Below are positions 36,687 to 45,803 of a stretch of DNA of 64,000 bases, piece by piece (the first letter of the stretch is position 1; the number at the start of each line of letters is the position of its first letter). A model generated the notes under the pieces. The model was given only the letters and a program-made list of their open reading frames with translations, did not search any database and had not been told where the DNA came from. Source of the DNA: a bacterium (GTDB taxonomy: Bacteria > Patescibacteriota > CPR2 > UBA1875 > JAJYID01). The position numbers and the translations under genes were made by a program. The stretch is from contig JAJYID010000001.1 in the NCBI GenBank assembly GCA_021790235.1, positions 43,131-107,130 on the forward strand. Direction: 5' to 3'.

Positions 36687-37949
36687 TTAATTTGACCCAG
36701 TTGTCTTTTCCAGCTTTTGTTCAGTAGCCTTGAGATTTTCTATATTCACGCTTATGTTTGCCGGTTCTATATTAACAATGGAGAGATCGGCAGGCTTTTT
36801 TACCTGATTTTCCTTTAAATATACTTTATATCGTCCGGTTTTCATATTTTTTAAGTCAACAGAAATTTGAAGAGAGTCAGGGTTTAACAGTTTAAACTCA
36901 GTCGCCCTGCCGGAGAAAACAACGATTACATTTTCCGGCGTATAATTTTCAACAACATATTCATTTTGCAGCCCTCCAAACTGTATGGGAATAGTAAATT
37001 TTCTTTGAATCATTGAGGTTTGGAAGTTCAAAAATACCCAAAAAAAGAGTGTTATGAGTATTGAGAAAGCTAAAGGGAAAATATTTCTTTTTAACCAACC
37101 GATATAAAAGTCACCTTGTTTTTTTGGGAACTTTCTTTGGAAAAATTCTTCAAGGATGTTTTCAAGCCCATTGACGCTGCCAACCTTAACCAGCTTTTTA
37201 TTATGGGCTATGGATATGCGTCCCGTTTCTTCGGAAACAACCAGGATAAGCGCATCTGTGAGTTCCGAAAGCCCGATGGCCGCTCTATGTCTAGTACCAT
37301 ATTTACTAATCACTTTGCGGCTCTCTGATAGGGGAAAATGCACGGCAAATCGACGAATTATATTGTTTTCAATAATTACCGCCCCGTCATGGCCGGGTGT
37401 TTTAGCATTAAAGATGCTAAGAAGAATTGGTAGAGAAACTTTGCCGTTTAACTTAATACCTCCTTCTAAATGTCTCTTTAGGTTTTCTTTACCGGCGAAG
37501 GCGATTAGCGCGCCGGTTTTTTCCTTTGAAAGTATCTGAACAGCATGAATAATAATTTTAATGGTCTCTTCTTGGGGAGCATGGATTGTGCTAAAACCAA
37601 ACCTGCCAAAAAATTCGAAAAGCCTCTTTAGCTCTTTTTGAAAGACAATGGCTATGACAACCAAAAACATGCTAAAAAAGGCGCTAAAAATTGTATGGGT
37701 AAGCTGAAGATCAAAAACTATGCTAAAGACATATAAAATTCCTAATGCGAGAATACCAAAAACTATAGGTAAGGATCTGGTTTTTTTGAACACTACAAAA
37801 ACAGCAAAAACTATTGTTGACATAATTGTAATGTCAAAAAAATCTTTGATTGAAATTCTTTCAAGAGTTGCAACACACGTATTTATAAACCGGAGTAATA
37901 CATCTAATATTAACACTAAGCAATTGTAACATGAATTGTATTGATACAA
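36687..37949 (-). CDS. cdaA: diadenylate cyclase CdaA with C-terminal YbbR-like (CdaR-type) domain
   Basis: N-terminal transmembrane helices. DAC domain motifs GALIAF...HDGAVII...GTRHRAAIGLSE...DALILVVSEETG. A roughly 120-aa C-terminal beta-rich repeat region resembles YbbR domains. The true start is likely an internal Met. Confidence 0.65.
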   Translation of the reverse strand: MYQYNSCYNCLVLILDVLLRFINTCVATLERISIKDFFDITIMSTIVFAVFVVFKKTRSLPIVFGILALGILYVFSIVFDLQLTHTIFSAFFSMFLVVIAIVFQKELKRLFEFFGRFGFSTIHAPQEETIKIIIHAVQILSKEKTGALIAFAGKENLKRHLEGGIKLNGKVSLPILLSIFNAKTPGHDGAVIIENNIIRRFAVHFPLSESRKVISKYGTRHRAAIGLSELTDALILVVSEETGRISIAHNKKLVKVGSVNGLENILEEFFQRKFPKKQGDFYIGWLKRNIFPLAFSILITLFFWVFLNFQTSMIQRKFTIPIQFGGLQNEYVVENYTPENVIVVFSGRATEFKLLNPDSLQISVDLKNMKTGRYKVYLKENQVKKPADLSIVNIEPANISVNIENLKATEQKLEKTTGSN

Positions 37950-37960
37950 AAAGGTAGAGA

Positions 37961-38776
37961 TTAGTTAAGAGAGTATGCAGGGTCTATTTGAATAACCTTA
38001 AGCTTTTGTCTATTTTCTTTTGCTTTATCACCTAATTTTTCATATATCTTAAATCCTAGAATATAAGCGTCTCGATAATTTTCTTTTTCCTTTTCTAAAG
38101 CCAGAATATCCTTTAATGCAAGTTGTAGATAATTATTTTGAAAATAGATGTTTGATGCTTCAAGTCTTAAGTAAAAAGGATTTTGGCTGGAATTATATCT
38201 AGAAAAATACTTATTTAAGTCAAATAGATTACAGGCTTTTGCTTTTGTAAAGTATTTCTTTGCTATATCAAAGTTATTCAAATATGTGAAGCTAGCATAA
38301 CAGCTGGCAGAATCCTGATCTATGTTATAGAGTTGTTCTAAATAATTTTCAGCCCCTCCCCTATTGCCTTTTTTAAGTTGGGTGAGTACTAGACCTTTCA
38401 AAGACTCTGAATTTACCTTTTTGTTATTAGCCTTTACAAAAGCTTTTTCTGCCTTTTCAGATTGATTTTCAGATAAATATAAATCACCTAATTTATTTAA
38501 AATATCTGTCTCTCCCCTACCCACCATGATTTGTTCCGCGAGATCACTTCTACCGGATGCAATGTATAAATCAGCTAGTGTAATTATATTGCTTTCTTTT
38601 GGCCATAATTCTATGGATTTTTCTAAATCTTCTGTTTTTATTTGGCGATCGTTCGTTTCACGTGAAACTTTTGCATAATAATCAGCTTTTTTGTAAGACC
38701 ATATTACGTATCCAGTGAAGATGACTAAAAAGCCGACTAAAATTAAAGCAGTGATAATTATTTTTTTCTTTTTCAT
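37961..38776 (-). CDS. membrane-anchored TPR-repeat protein
   Basis: N-terminal transmembrane helix followed by multiple 34-aa TPR-like repeats (e.g. AEKAFVKANNKK, YFTKAKACNL). Confidence 0.5.
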   Translation of the reverse strand: MKKKKIIITALILVGFLVIFTGYVIWSYKKADYYAKVSRETNDRQIKTEDLEKSIELWPKESNIITLADLYIASGRSDLAEQIMVGRGETDILNKLGDLYLSENQSEKAEKAFVKANNKKVNSESLKGLVLTQLKKGNRGGAENYLEQLYNIDQDSASCYASFTYLNNFDIAKKYFTKAKACNLFDLNKYFSRYNSSQNPFYLRLEASNIYFQNNYLQLALKDILALEKEKENYRDAYILGFKIYEKLGDKAKENRQKLKVIQIDPAYSLN

Positions 38777-39037
38777 ATTTAAAGTTTAACATTTTAAAAT
38801 TAATCTGTCATTCAGGTTTAACCATCATCTCTCTAGGATGATCCTTCCGTTATCCTGTTACCGAGTAATTCTTTTTTGTCTACAAGGTGTGTAAAACTAT
38901 TCTTTGATAATCAAGAAATTTTTTCTAAGTCCTATTTTGAGCACGAATTAAACTGGAATTTGCTAATCCAGACTTTTCCACAATTTTTATTACCACGGTT
39001 ACAAAAGAAGTGATTTAGTTTGTGAGTTGGATTAAAA

Positions 39038-41206
39038 TTACGTGATTTTAGACCAGTCAGATATGATCAAAGGTTTTTCACTGTCTAGGTTTTCCCAAAT
39101 TGCTTCAGTAACAAAAGGCATAAAGGGATGAAGAAGTTTTAAAGAACTTTTGAGGACAGTATCGAGAGTGTATTGAGCAGCCAATTTAGATTTATCGTTT
39201 TCTCGAATGCGGATTTTGGCATCTTCAATACAAACATCACAAAACTCGTACCAGAAAAACATATAAATTTCTGAAACTGCGTGCTGAAAATCATAAATAT
39301 TAAGATATTTATTAATATTTATGATCGTTTGATTTAGATGAACAAGTGTGTTTTTATCGGCTTGCGTTAGTTGGTGTTTAATAGTTTCACGTGAAACACC
39401 TTCATAGTCTTCCAAGTTCATTAAGATGAATCTTGAGGCATTCCATATTTTATTTGCGAACCTTTTCCCATTCAAAATTGCATCTTCAGAAAACTTTATA
39501 TCCTGCCCCTGTCCTATTTGCCAGAGCAAGCCAAATCTAGTGGCGTCAGCCCCGTATTTCTCAATTAATCCTAACGGATCTACCCCCGTTCCGAGTGATT
39601 TTGACATCCTTCTGCCCTCATGATTAAAGACGGTTGGATGAAAGTAGACATCTTTGAAGGGAATCTCTCCCATAAATTCTATTCCAGAGAATATCATTCT
39701 GGCCACCCAGAGATAGATAATGTCTCTGGCGGTAGAAAGGAAAGTTGTGGGGTAAAAATATTCTAAATCCTTTGTTTTGTCGGGCCAACCAAAGGTGGCA
39801 AATGGCCATAGCGCGCTTGAGAACCAGGTATCAAGCACATCTTCGTCTCTTTTAAGTTTAGAAGACTTGCATTTTGGACATTTTCTTTGAGGTGTTTCAC
39901 GTGGAACACTTTGTATATCTTCTAATGCCCATTTTTCAGAAACAATAGTTTCTCCACAGTCACAATACCATACCGGTATTTGGTGGCCCCACCAGATTTG
40001 ACGGGAAATACACCAATCATTAATGTTTTTCATCCAATCAAGATAAACCTTCTTCCATTTTTTAGGGTGGAACTGCACTTTGCCATTTTCTACTGCTTTG
40101 ATGGCCGGTTTGGCTAGATCTGTCATTTTTATATACCATTGCAAGGTCAAAAGCGGTTCAACTACTTCATGACATCTATAGCAATGTCCGACATTATGGA
40201 TATAGGGTTTGGCTTTGGTAAGCCATTGCCCCTCTTTTAACATTTCGATTAAAACATCCCGGGCCTCAAATCTGTCCAATCCGGCAAACTCTTCGCCTGC
40301 TTCAGGAGTCATTTTGCCTTCAAGGTCAATTACAGTAATTTTCTCTAAATTATGTCTTTTTGCAATCTCAAAGTCATTTGGATCATGCGCAGGAGTTACC
40401 TTAACTGCGCCTGTCCCAAACTCCATGTCTACGTGTTTGTCAGCAATTATCGGAATTTTTCGCTTTATAATAGGTAAAATTACTATTTTACCTATTATAT
40501 CTTTATATCTTTTATCTTTAGGGTTGACGGCTACAGCTGTATCACCAAGCATAGTTTCTGGTCGGGTTGTAGCCACAACCACTTCTCCCCCACCTTCGAT
40601 CTCAAACTTAATATGCCAAAGATAGCTTTCATGTTTTTCGTGCTCAACTTCAAGATCAGATAATGATGTATGACATCGCGGGCACCAGTTTGTAATTCGA
40701 TAATCTCTATAGATGTATCCTTCTTCGTAGTAATGCGTGAATGCGTTCAAAATTGCTTTTGTATAATTTGTATCCATTGTAAATCTCTTTCGACTCCAAT
40801 CACAGGAACATCCCAGAGTTTTGAGCTGGCCTAGGATGTGTGTTTCATACTCATTTTTCCATTGCAAAACTTCATCTATAAATTTGCTTCTGCCAAGGTC
40901 AAATCTTGTCTTTCCCTCTTTGGCAAGTTTCTTTTCGACCACATTCTGGGTGGCTATACCGGCATGATCTGTGCCGGGGAGGTATTCGGTCGGTTCTCCT
41001 TTCATTCTGTGCCATCGGATGAGAGCATCTTGTATAGTATTGTTTAAAGCGTGCCCCATATGTAACGAGCCTGTTACATTAGGTGGGGGAATAACTACAG
41101 TAAAAGGTTTTTTATCACTTTCAAGTTTGGGAGTAAAGTATTCTCCCTTCTCCCACATTTTATAAATTCTCTTTTCGTGTTCTTCTGGTTTGTATGATTT
41201 GTCCAT
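39038..41206 (-). CDS. valS: valine--tRNA ligase (C-terminally short form, about 722 aa)
   Basis: PPPNVTGSLHMGHA (HIGH motif) and KMSKSLGTG (KMSKS motif). From the internal Met, MDKSYKPEEHEKRIYKMWEKGEYF aligns to the ValS N-terminus. The track ORF's extra 16 codons overlap the leader terminator hairpin, so the start was moved to 41206. Confidence 0.8.
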   Translation of the reverse strand: MDKSYKPEEHEKRIYKMWEKGEYFTPKLESDKKPFTVVIPPPNVTGSLHMGHALNNTIQDALIRWHRMKGEPTEYLPGTDHAGIATQNVVEKKLAKEGKTRFDLGRSKFIDEVLQWKNEYETHILGQLKTLGCSCDWSRKRFTMDTNYTKAILNAFTHYYEEGYIYRDYRITNWCPRCHTSLSDLEVEHEKHESYLWHIKFEIEGGGEVVVATTRPETMLGDTAVAVNPKDKRYKDIIGKIVILPIIKRKIPIIADKHVDMEFGTGAVKVTPAHDPNDFEIAKRHNLEKITVIDLEGKMTPEAGEEFAGLDRFEARDVLIEMLKEGQWLTKAKPYIHNVGHCYRCHEVVEPLLTLQWYIKMTDLAKPAIKAVENGKVQFHPKKWKKVYLDWMKNINDWCISRQIWWGHQIPVWYCDCGETIVSEKWALEDIQSVPRETPQRKCPKCKSSKLKRDEDVLDTWFSSALWPFATFGWPDKTKDLEYFYPTTFLSTARDIIYLWVARMIFSGIEFMGEIPFKDVYFHPTVFNHEGRRMSKSLGTGVDPLGLIEKYGADATRFGLLWQIGQGQDIKFSEDAILNGKRFANKIWNASRFILMNLEDYEGVSRETIKHQLTQADKNTLVHLNQTIININKYLNIYDFQHAVSEIYMFFWYEFCDVCIEDAKIRIRENDKSKLAAQYTLDTVLKSSLKLLHPFMPFVTEAIWENLDSEKPLIISDWSKIT

Positions 41207-41209
41207 TTT

Positions 41210-41400
41210 TGCCTTTTCTAAAAATAAAAACCCCGCTTCTTGGGGGTCCGACATTTGCCGGATGGTACCACCCCAATTCCACGTGGCACTTCATTTTGGC
41301 TTTTACGGAGCCTGCCGGCAGGTTCTAATGCCGTAGTTGACGGTTTCTTCCTGCAGCTTGCAGAGTGACATGAATCCCTGCTTCAACGCTTTTAAATTTA
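41210..41400 (-). ncRNA. T-box riboswitch leader of valS
   Basis: Minus-strand sequence AATTGGGGTGGTACCATCCGG (forward 41262-41277) matches the T-box consensus AAUUAGGGUGGUACCGCG. It is followed by a GC hairpin and a U-run (CCCCCAAGAAGCGGGG-TTTTTATTTTT) immediately upstream of the valS RBS and ATG. A GUUGA K-turn-like element and GUC(A) valine specifier candidates lie in the 5' part. Confidence 0.55.
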
Positions 41401-41403
41401 ACT

Positions 41404-41432
41404 AATTATACTTAAAATATTCTTAAAAGTCA
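41404..41432 (-). promoter_or_regulatory. sigma70-like promoter for the valS T-box leader (-35 TTGACT, 17 nt spacer, -10 TATAAT)
   Basis: Minus-strand TATAAT at 41404-41409 and TTGACT at 41427-41432 with a 17-nt spacer. Confidence 0.55.
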
Positions 41433-41437
41433 AAAAG

Positions 41438-41465
41438 AAAGCGCATGCTCGACCGAGCATGCGCT
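41438..41465. terminator. perfect 13-bp palindromic hairpin (AAGCGCATGCTCG ac CGAGCATGCGCTT); bidirectional terminator
   Basis: Seen directly in sequence. It lies 20 nt past the stop of the 41485..42984 gene and is followed on the minus strand by a T-rich run. Confidence 0.5.
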
Positions 41466-41484
41466 TACATTATCACTTCACCTA

Positions 41485-42984
41485 TTATCCTGTGATTCGC
41501 TTTGTTACACTGCGAAAATGTATACCGCAAATCGCCAACTCTATGGCTTCTGTGAAGACCTTGGGTTTATTGATGAGGGTTTTTGCCACAAGCCGCCAAT
41601 AATATAAACCTTGGCTTGAAAGGCCTAAACGGCAGGAAGCTAACACGAATGCCTTCGCATTTCCCCAATCAGCTGTCTTAACTCTACACTTTACAGTTGG
41701 TTTGTATTGTTCTAAAAACACATCTATCCGCTTGTAGTATGCTTTTGGTGCATAGATTGTTTGCAGTAGATGATAGTAGCCATTGATTAGTGCTTCTTTA
41801 TCCATTTTCGGGACAAAGGTGAGAGCACCTGTATTTTCGCCGGTTGTCTTGTTAAGCAACCTATTTTCCTTTCCCAGTCTTTTTTCCAGATCGGTTTTAG
41901 GCAAGACTGTCAGCAAACCCACCATCACGTGGGCCACACCGATCTCTTGGATAAACTCGATTTGGCGTTCGAATATACTTTCATCGTCGCTATCAAAGCC
42001 GACTATGTGTCCCGACATCACCATCATGCCATGAGCCTGGATCTGGTGAACAGCCTCAACTAGGTCAACCTTAATGTTCTGACCCTTGTTGCATTCTTGA
42101 AGCGCATCTTTGGAGGGTGTTTCCAGGCCGAGGAAGACTTTATAGAAGTTGGCTTTACTCATGGCTGACATCAGTTCTTCATCTGAAGCGAGATTGATGC
42201 TTGCCTCAGTCATGAATTTGAATGGGTAGTTGTGTTTGACCAGCCAATCTCTCAAGATTGATAAAAGTTTTTTTACTTTTACCTTATTGCCGATAAAGTT
42301 GTCATCGACAATAAACACAGATCCTCGATAGCCGGTGTTGTACAGAAGCTCAAGCTCATGGATGAACTGAACGTCATCCTTTAACCTTGGTTTCTGGCCG
42401 AACATGATTCTAATATCACAAAATTCACACATGTGGGGGCAGCCGCGTGAATACTGTACAGACATTGATGAATAAAACTTGAATTTGTCTTCGAGAAGCT
42501 CCCAGTGAGGAGGCGGAGTTAAAGACAATTCTGGTTTAATGTCTGTCTCATACCGATGATGTGGATGACTGTTATCCAAGTCTTGAAGAAATTGTGGTAA
42601 TGTCACCTCGGCTTCTCCAAGGACAAAATAGTCGATATCTTCAGTTTCTGTTGCTTGCGAAGTGAACAAAGGACCGCCGGCAACGATCTTTAGATGTTCG
42701 TGTAGTTTACATTTCTCCACGATTTCTAGCACTGACTTTTCCTGGATGATCATCGCACTTACAAACACCATATCTGCCCATTCAAGGTCCTTATCGCGAA
42801 GCTTTTCCACATTAAGATCGATCAGCCTCTGGTACCAGTGTGGCTTCAGCTTCTTTAGTATTCCGCCAACCGTCAGAAGCGGTAGAGGAGGCAAAGCGGC
42901 TTTTTTCCCGACAAATGCAATTGCTTTTTTTAAACTCCAGAAAGTTTCCTCCGGGATCTTCGGATAAATAAGAAGAATATTCAT
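41485..42984 (-). CDS. B12-binding domain-containing radical SAM protein (C-terminal DUF4070-like region)
   Basis: N-terminal cobalamin-binding-like domain, CxxxCxxC motif YSRGCPHMCEFCD, 499 aa. Confidence 0.65.
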   Translation of the reverse strand: MNILLIYPKIPEETFWSLKKAIAFVGKKAALPPLPLLTVGGILKKLKPHWYQRLIDLNVEKLRDKDLEWADMVFVSAMIIQEKSVLEIVEKCKLHEHLKIVAGGPLFTSQATETEDIDYFVLGEAEVTLPQFLQDLDNSHPHHRYETDIKPELSLTPPPHWELLEDKFKFYSSMSVQYSRGCPHMCEFCDIRIMFGQKPRLKDDVQFIHELELLYNTGYRGSVFIVDDNFIGNKVKVKKLLSILRDWLVKHNYPFKFMTEASINLASDEELMSAMSKANFYKVFLGLETPSKDALQECNKGQNIKVDLVEAVHQIQAHGMMVMSGHIVGFDSDDESIFERQIEFIQEIGVAHVMVGLLTVLPKTDLEKRLGKENRLLNKTTGENTGALTFVPKMDKEALINGYYHLLQTIYAPKAYYKRIDVFLEQYKPTVKCRVKTADWGNAKAFVLASCRLGLSSQGLYYWRLVAKTLINKPKVFTEAIELAICGIHFRSVTKRITG

Positions 42985-43229
42985 AGTAGCTCCTTAGTAG
43001 GGTATATAGATATCAAAGAACAGTTGAAAAACCTTTATACGTCCTTTTGTTTGAGAAGTCAAATATTTTAGCATAAATTCCATTTCGAACCGTGACACTT
43101 CACTAAAAAAGACATCCTAATCTAATTCTCTGTAAAATGAGTTTGAAACAAAACATTTAAGAAAGGAGGAAAAGGATGTCTTACACCCATCTTACCAAAG
43201 ATGACCGTATTAGGTTAGATAAAATACCA

Positions 43230-44297
43230 CTAAGATAAACTGAGGTTTGGGTTAGGAACTAAATCTTGTGGCTTTGTGAAGCCTTTTTCGTCCGAAAGGC
43301 AGGCTTTTTCTTTTTGTTTATGATATGCTGCAGCACCGATCATAGCTGCGTTATCAGTACAATATTTAAGATCCGGCATATAAAAAGATGTACCTAGTTT
43401 TTCACGCAATTTAGCCAACTCTTGTCTTAAGAGAGGGTTGGCAGCTACCCCGCCGGATAAGATAAATGATTTTGGTTTATGCTGCGCTATTGCTCTTTGG
43501 CTGTTTTGGATTAAAGTCTCAACGATAGTTTTCTGAAAAGAGGCGGCAATATCCGCTTTATCTTGTTCTGAAAATGATTTTGATTGCTTTACAACATTTA
43601 AAACAGCAGTTTTAAGGCCCGAAAAGCTGAAATCGAGGCTAGGGAAAGAGTATTCTAGGAAGCCTTCCGTGTTTCTTTTTGGTTTCGAAGTGAGATCAAT
43701 AATAGGAAATTTATATTTATTTGGGTTACCCTTTTCCGCCGATTTTGAAATATTTGGCCCGCCGGGGTAGGGAAGACTGAGGAGCTGCGCCACTTTATCG
43801 AAGGCTTCTCCGGCCGCATCATCACGAGTCTGACCTATAATTTTAAATTTATAGTGATTTTCTACTTCAATTAACATGGTATGTCCGCCAGAAACAAGCA
43901 GGGCTATGAGAGGGAATTGAGGTATATTTTTGCTTATCCAGTTTGCATAAATATGTCCTTCTAAGTGATTTACAGCAATTATCGGTTTCTTTTTTAAAAT
44001 TGCTAAAGCACGGGCCGTTTCCGTACCTATAATTAAACTGCCGATGAGACCGGGACCTTGAGTTACGGCTATGACGTCAATATTTTCCCATTTAGTTTTC
44101 GCTTCGGAAAGAGATTCCTCTACAACCGGAATTATAGATTGTACATGGGCGCGGGCAGCTACCTCCGGTACTACTCCGCCGTATTTGGCATGGATGTCTA
44201 TTTGTGAAGCAACCACATTCGACAAAACTCCATGGCCATCTTTCACAACCGCTGCCGCAGTTTCATCACAACTTGACTCTATAGCTAGGATGTTCAT
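43230..44297 (-). CDS. tsaD: tRNA N6-adenosine threonylcarbamoyltransferase
   Basis: MNILAIESSCDETAAAV N-terminus and the Kae1/TsaD His motifs (HLEGH). Confidence 0.85.
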   Translation of the reverse strand: MNILAIESSCDETAAAVVKDGHGVLSNVVASQIDIHAKYGGVVPEVAARAHVQSIIPVVEESLSEAKTKWENIDVIAVTQGPGLIGSLIIGTETARALAILKKKPIIAVNHLEGHIYANWISKNIPQFPLIALLVSGGHTMLIEVENHYKFKIIGQTRDDAAGEAFDKVAQLLSLPYPGGPNISKSAEKGNPNKYKFPIIDLTSKPKRNTEGFLEYSFPSLDFSFSGLKTAVLNVVKQSKSFSEQDKADIAASFQKTIVETLIQNSQRAIAQHKPKSFILSGGVAANPLLRQELAKLREKLGTSFYMPDLKYCTDNAAMIGAAAYHKQKEKACLSDEKGFTKPQDLVPNPNLSLS

Positions 44298-44424
44298 TCT
44301 TTTATTATATTAACTAAAACCATAGCTTAAAAGTCTTGACAAGACATAAGTTTTATAATATAATTTCAACTTTTCTTTTTCTTAAAGTCAAAAAGTTTAA
44401 TTATGTATTCTGAAAGGAGCAGCA

Positions 44425-44700
44425 ATGGCTAAACAAGAGAAAGACTGGTTCCTTGAGATGGTCATAGATTGGGCGGATGAATGGGATAGTTACGCTTTCC
44501 CACTCGTTATTATAGGATTTATCTGGACCGTATTTTGCGGTCTGATGATAGGAGTAGATGCTCTGCTAGCATAGGGAGCGTACTCTATCCTCCCATCTAC
44601 TGTCTTTATCATCACGATTTGGTTCGTGCTTTTGCCAATCTTTATAGTCTGGACATATAAAGATGCAAAGGTATACGAAGCTGCACGGGACGGCATCTGA
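44425..44700 (+). pseudogene. small two-transmembrane-helix membrane protein ORF interrupted by a single in-frame TAG (codon 50 of 92)
   Basis: AAAGGAG RBS, then ATG at 44425. Frame reads MAKQEKDWFLEMVIDWADEWDSYAFPLVIIGFIWTVFCGLMIGVDALLA-TAG-GAYSILPSTVFIITIWFVLLPIFIVWTYKDAKVYEAARDGI-TGA. An intrinsic terminator follows the TGA, not the TAG. Confidence 0.3.
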
Positions 44701-44734
44701 TCTATAGAATTATCGTAAAACTTAGATGCCTAAA

Positions 44735-44774
44735 GCCCACCGGAAAGTTAACCGGCGGGCTTTTTTGTTTTTTT
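44735..44774 (+). terminator. intrinsic terminator (GCCCACCGG-loop-CCGGCGGGC + T14-rich run)
   Basis: 9-bp GC-rich stem followed by TTTTTTGTTTTTTT, seen directly. Confidence 0.55.
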
Positions 44775-44806
44775 ACTATATTTATAAGGATTTTTGTGCT
44801 TAAATA

Positions 44807-45793
44807 ATGAGTGTGGAAGCATTAAATATACTGGCAAAAAAGGAAAATAATGTATTTCAGTCCGACTGGTGGGCTGATTTTCAGGCAGGCTTGAAACGAA
44901 AATCCTGGGTGGTTAAGGGCGATAATATTCAAGGTTTAGTTCTAAAATATCCTTTATATAAAGATAAATATTATTTTTACTCTCCTCGTGGACCAATTAT
45001 GACAAAGAAAGCCAAGCTGCAGGATCTAAAGTTGTTTCTTCGAAAAGTTGAAAATCTGGCCAAAGAAGAAAACGCGGTTTTTTATCGCATTGAGCCATAT
45101 GAGCTAGATCAAGCGGATATTTATAAATTCGGATTTAGAAAAATCGCGAGGCATGCGCCGGTATCTCAGCAGTTTTCTCCTGAAAATACCTTAGTGCTTG
45201 ATCTAGTGAGATCCGAAGACAAGATTTTGGCCAGTATGAAGCCGAAGTGGCGTTACAATATCAGCCTTGCCAGGCGAAAAGGGGTGCAGGTTCGAGAAGG
45301 AAAAGATTTAAAGGATATAAAAATTTTTTATGAGTTAACTGAAGAAATGGAAAAACGTGGAGGTTATACAGGTCACGAGTTTTCTTATTATAAAAAAATG
45401 TTTGAGACTCTCGGGAAAAGTGATTGTTTAAAACTTTTTATTACAGAGTTTGAGGGCAAACCTTTGGCAGCTATATTGGTTTCTTACTTTGGCCAGGTAG
45501 CGACTTATTTGCATGGAGCTTCAGGAAATGAAAAAAGGGAACTGATGCCAACTTATCTGTTGCAGTGGGCAGCAATTCAAGAGGCGCGGAAAAGACATTG
45601 CCACGAGTATGACTTTTGGGGAGTGGCTCCCAAGAGCGCGAAAAATCATCCTTGGGCCGGCATTTCCAGGTTTAAGCGAGGTTTCGGTGGGGAAGAGCTG
45701 GAGTTTGGTGGGGTATATGATTTGGCATTTGACAAAAAATATTATCGTCTTCTCTCTGAGGTAAATCGGTTCAGGAAGGTTTTCAAGAAATAA
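44807..45793 (+). CDS. FemAB-family aminoacyl-tRNA-dependent peptidoglycan bridge transferase
   Basis: Conserved FemX-like pattern (PKWRYNISLARRKGVQV ... LFITEFEGKPLAAILV ... YLHGASG ... YDFWG). 328 aa and adjacent to murE. Confidence 0.65.
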   Translation: MSVEALNILAKKENNVFQSDWWADFQAGLKRKSWVVKGDNIQGLVLKYPLYKDKYYFYSPRGPIMTKKAKLQDLKLFLRKVENLAKEENAVFYRIEPYELDQADIYKFGFRKIARHAPVSQQFSPENTLVLDLVRSEDKILASMKPKWRYNISLARRKGVQVREGKDLKDIKIFYELTEEMEKRGGYTGHEFSYYKKMFETLGKSDCLKLFITEFEGKPLAAILVSYFGQVATYLHGASGNEKRELMPTYLLQWAAIQEARKRHCHEYDFWGVAPKSAKNHPWAGISRFKRGFGGEELEFGGVYDLAFDKKYYRLLSEVNRFRKVFKK

Positions 45794-45803
45794 TTTAAAA
45801 AAT

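Noticed and set aside
38777-39037. 260-nt intergenic region between the TPR gene and valS as a possible ncRNA
   Set aside because: It has only weak short inverted repeats, no recognisable conserved RNA motif, and no promoter-like elements that I could pick out by eye.
43176-43238. Tiny plus-strand ORF MSYTHLTKDDRIRLDKIPLR with a strong AAGGAGG ribosome-binding site between the radical-SAM gene and tsaD
   Set aside because: It is only 20 codons long and on the opposite strand to both neighbours. It could be a leader peptide, but nothing downstream on that strand lies within reach. Left unannotated.
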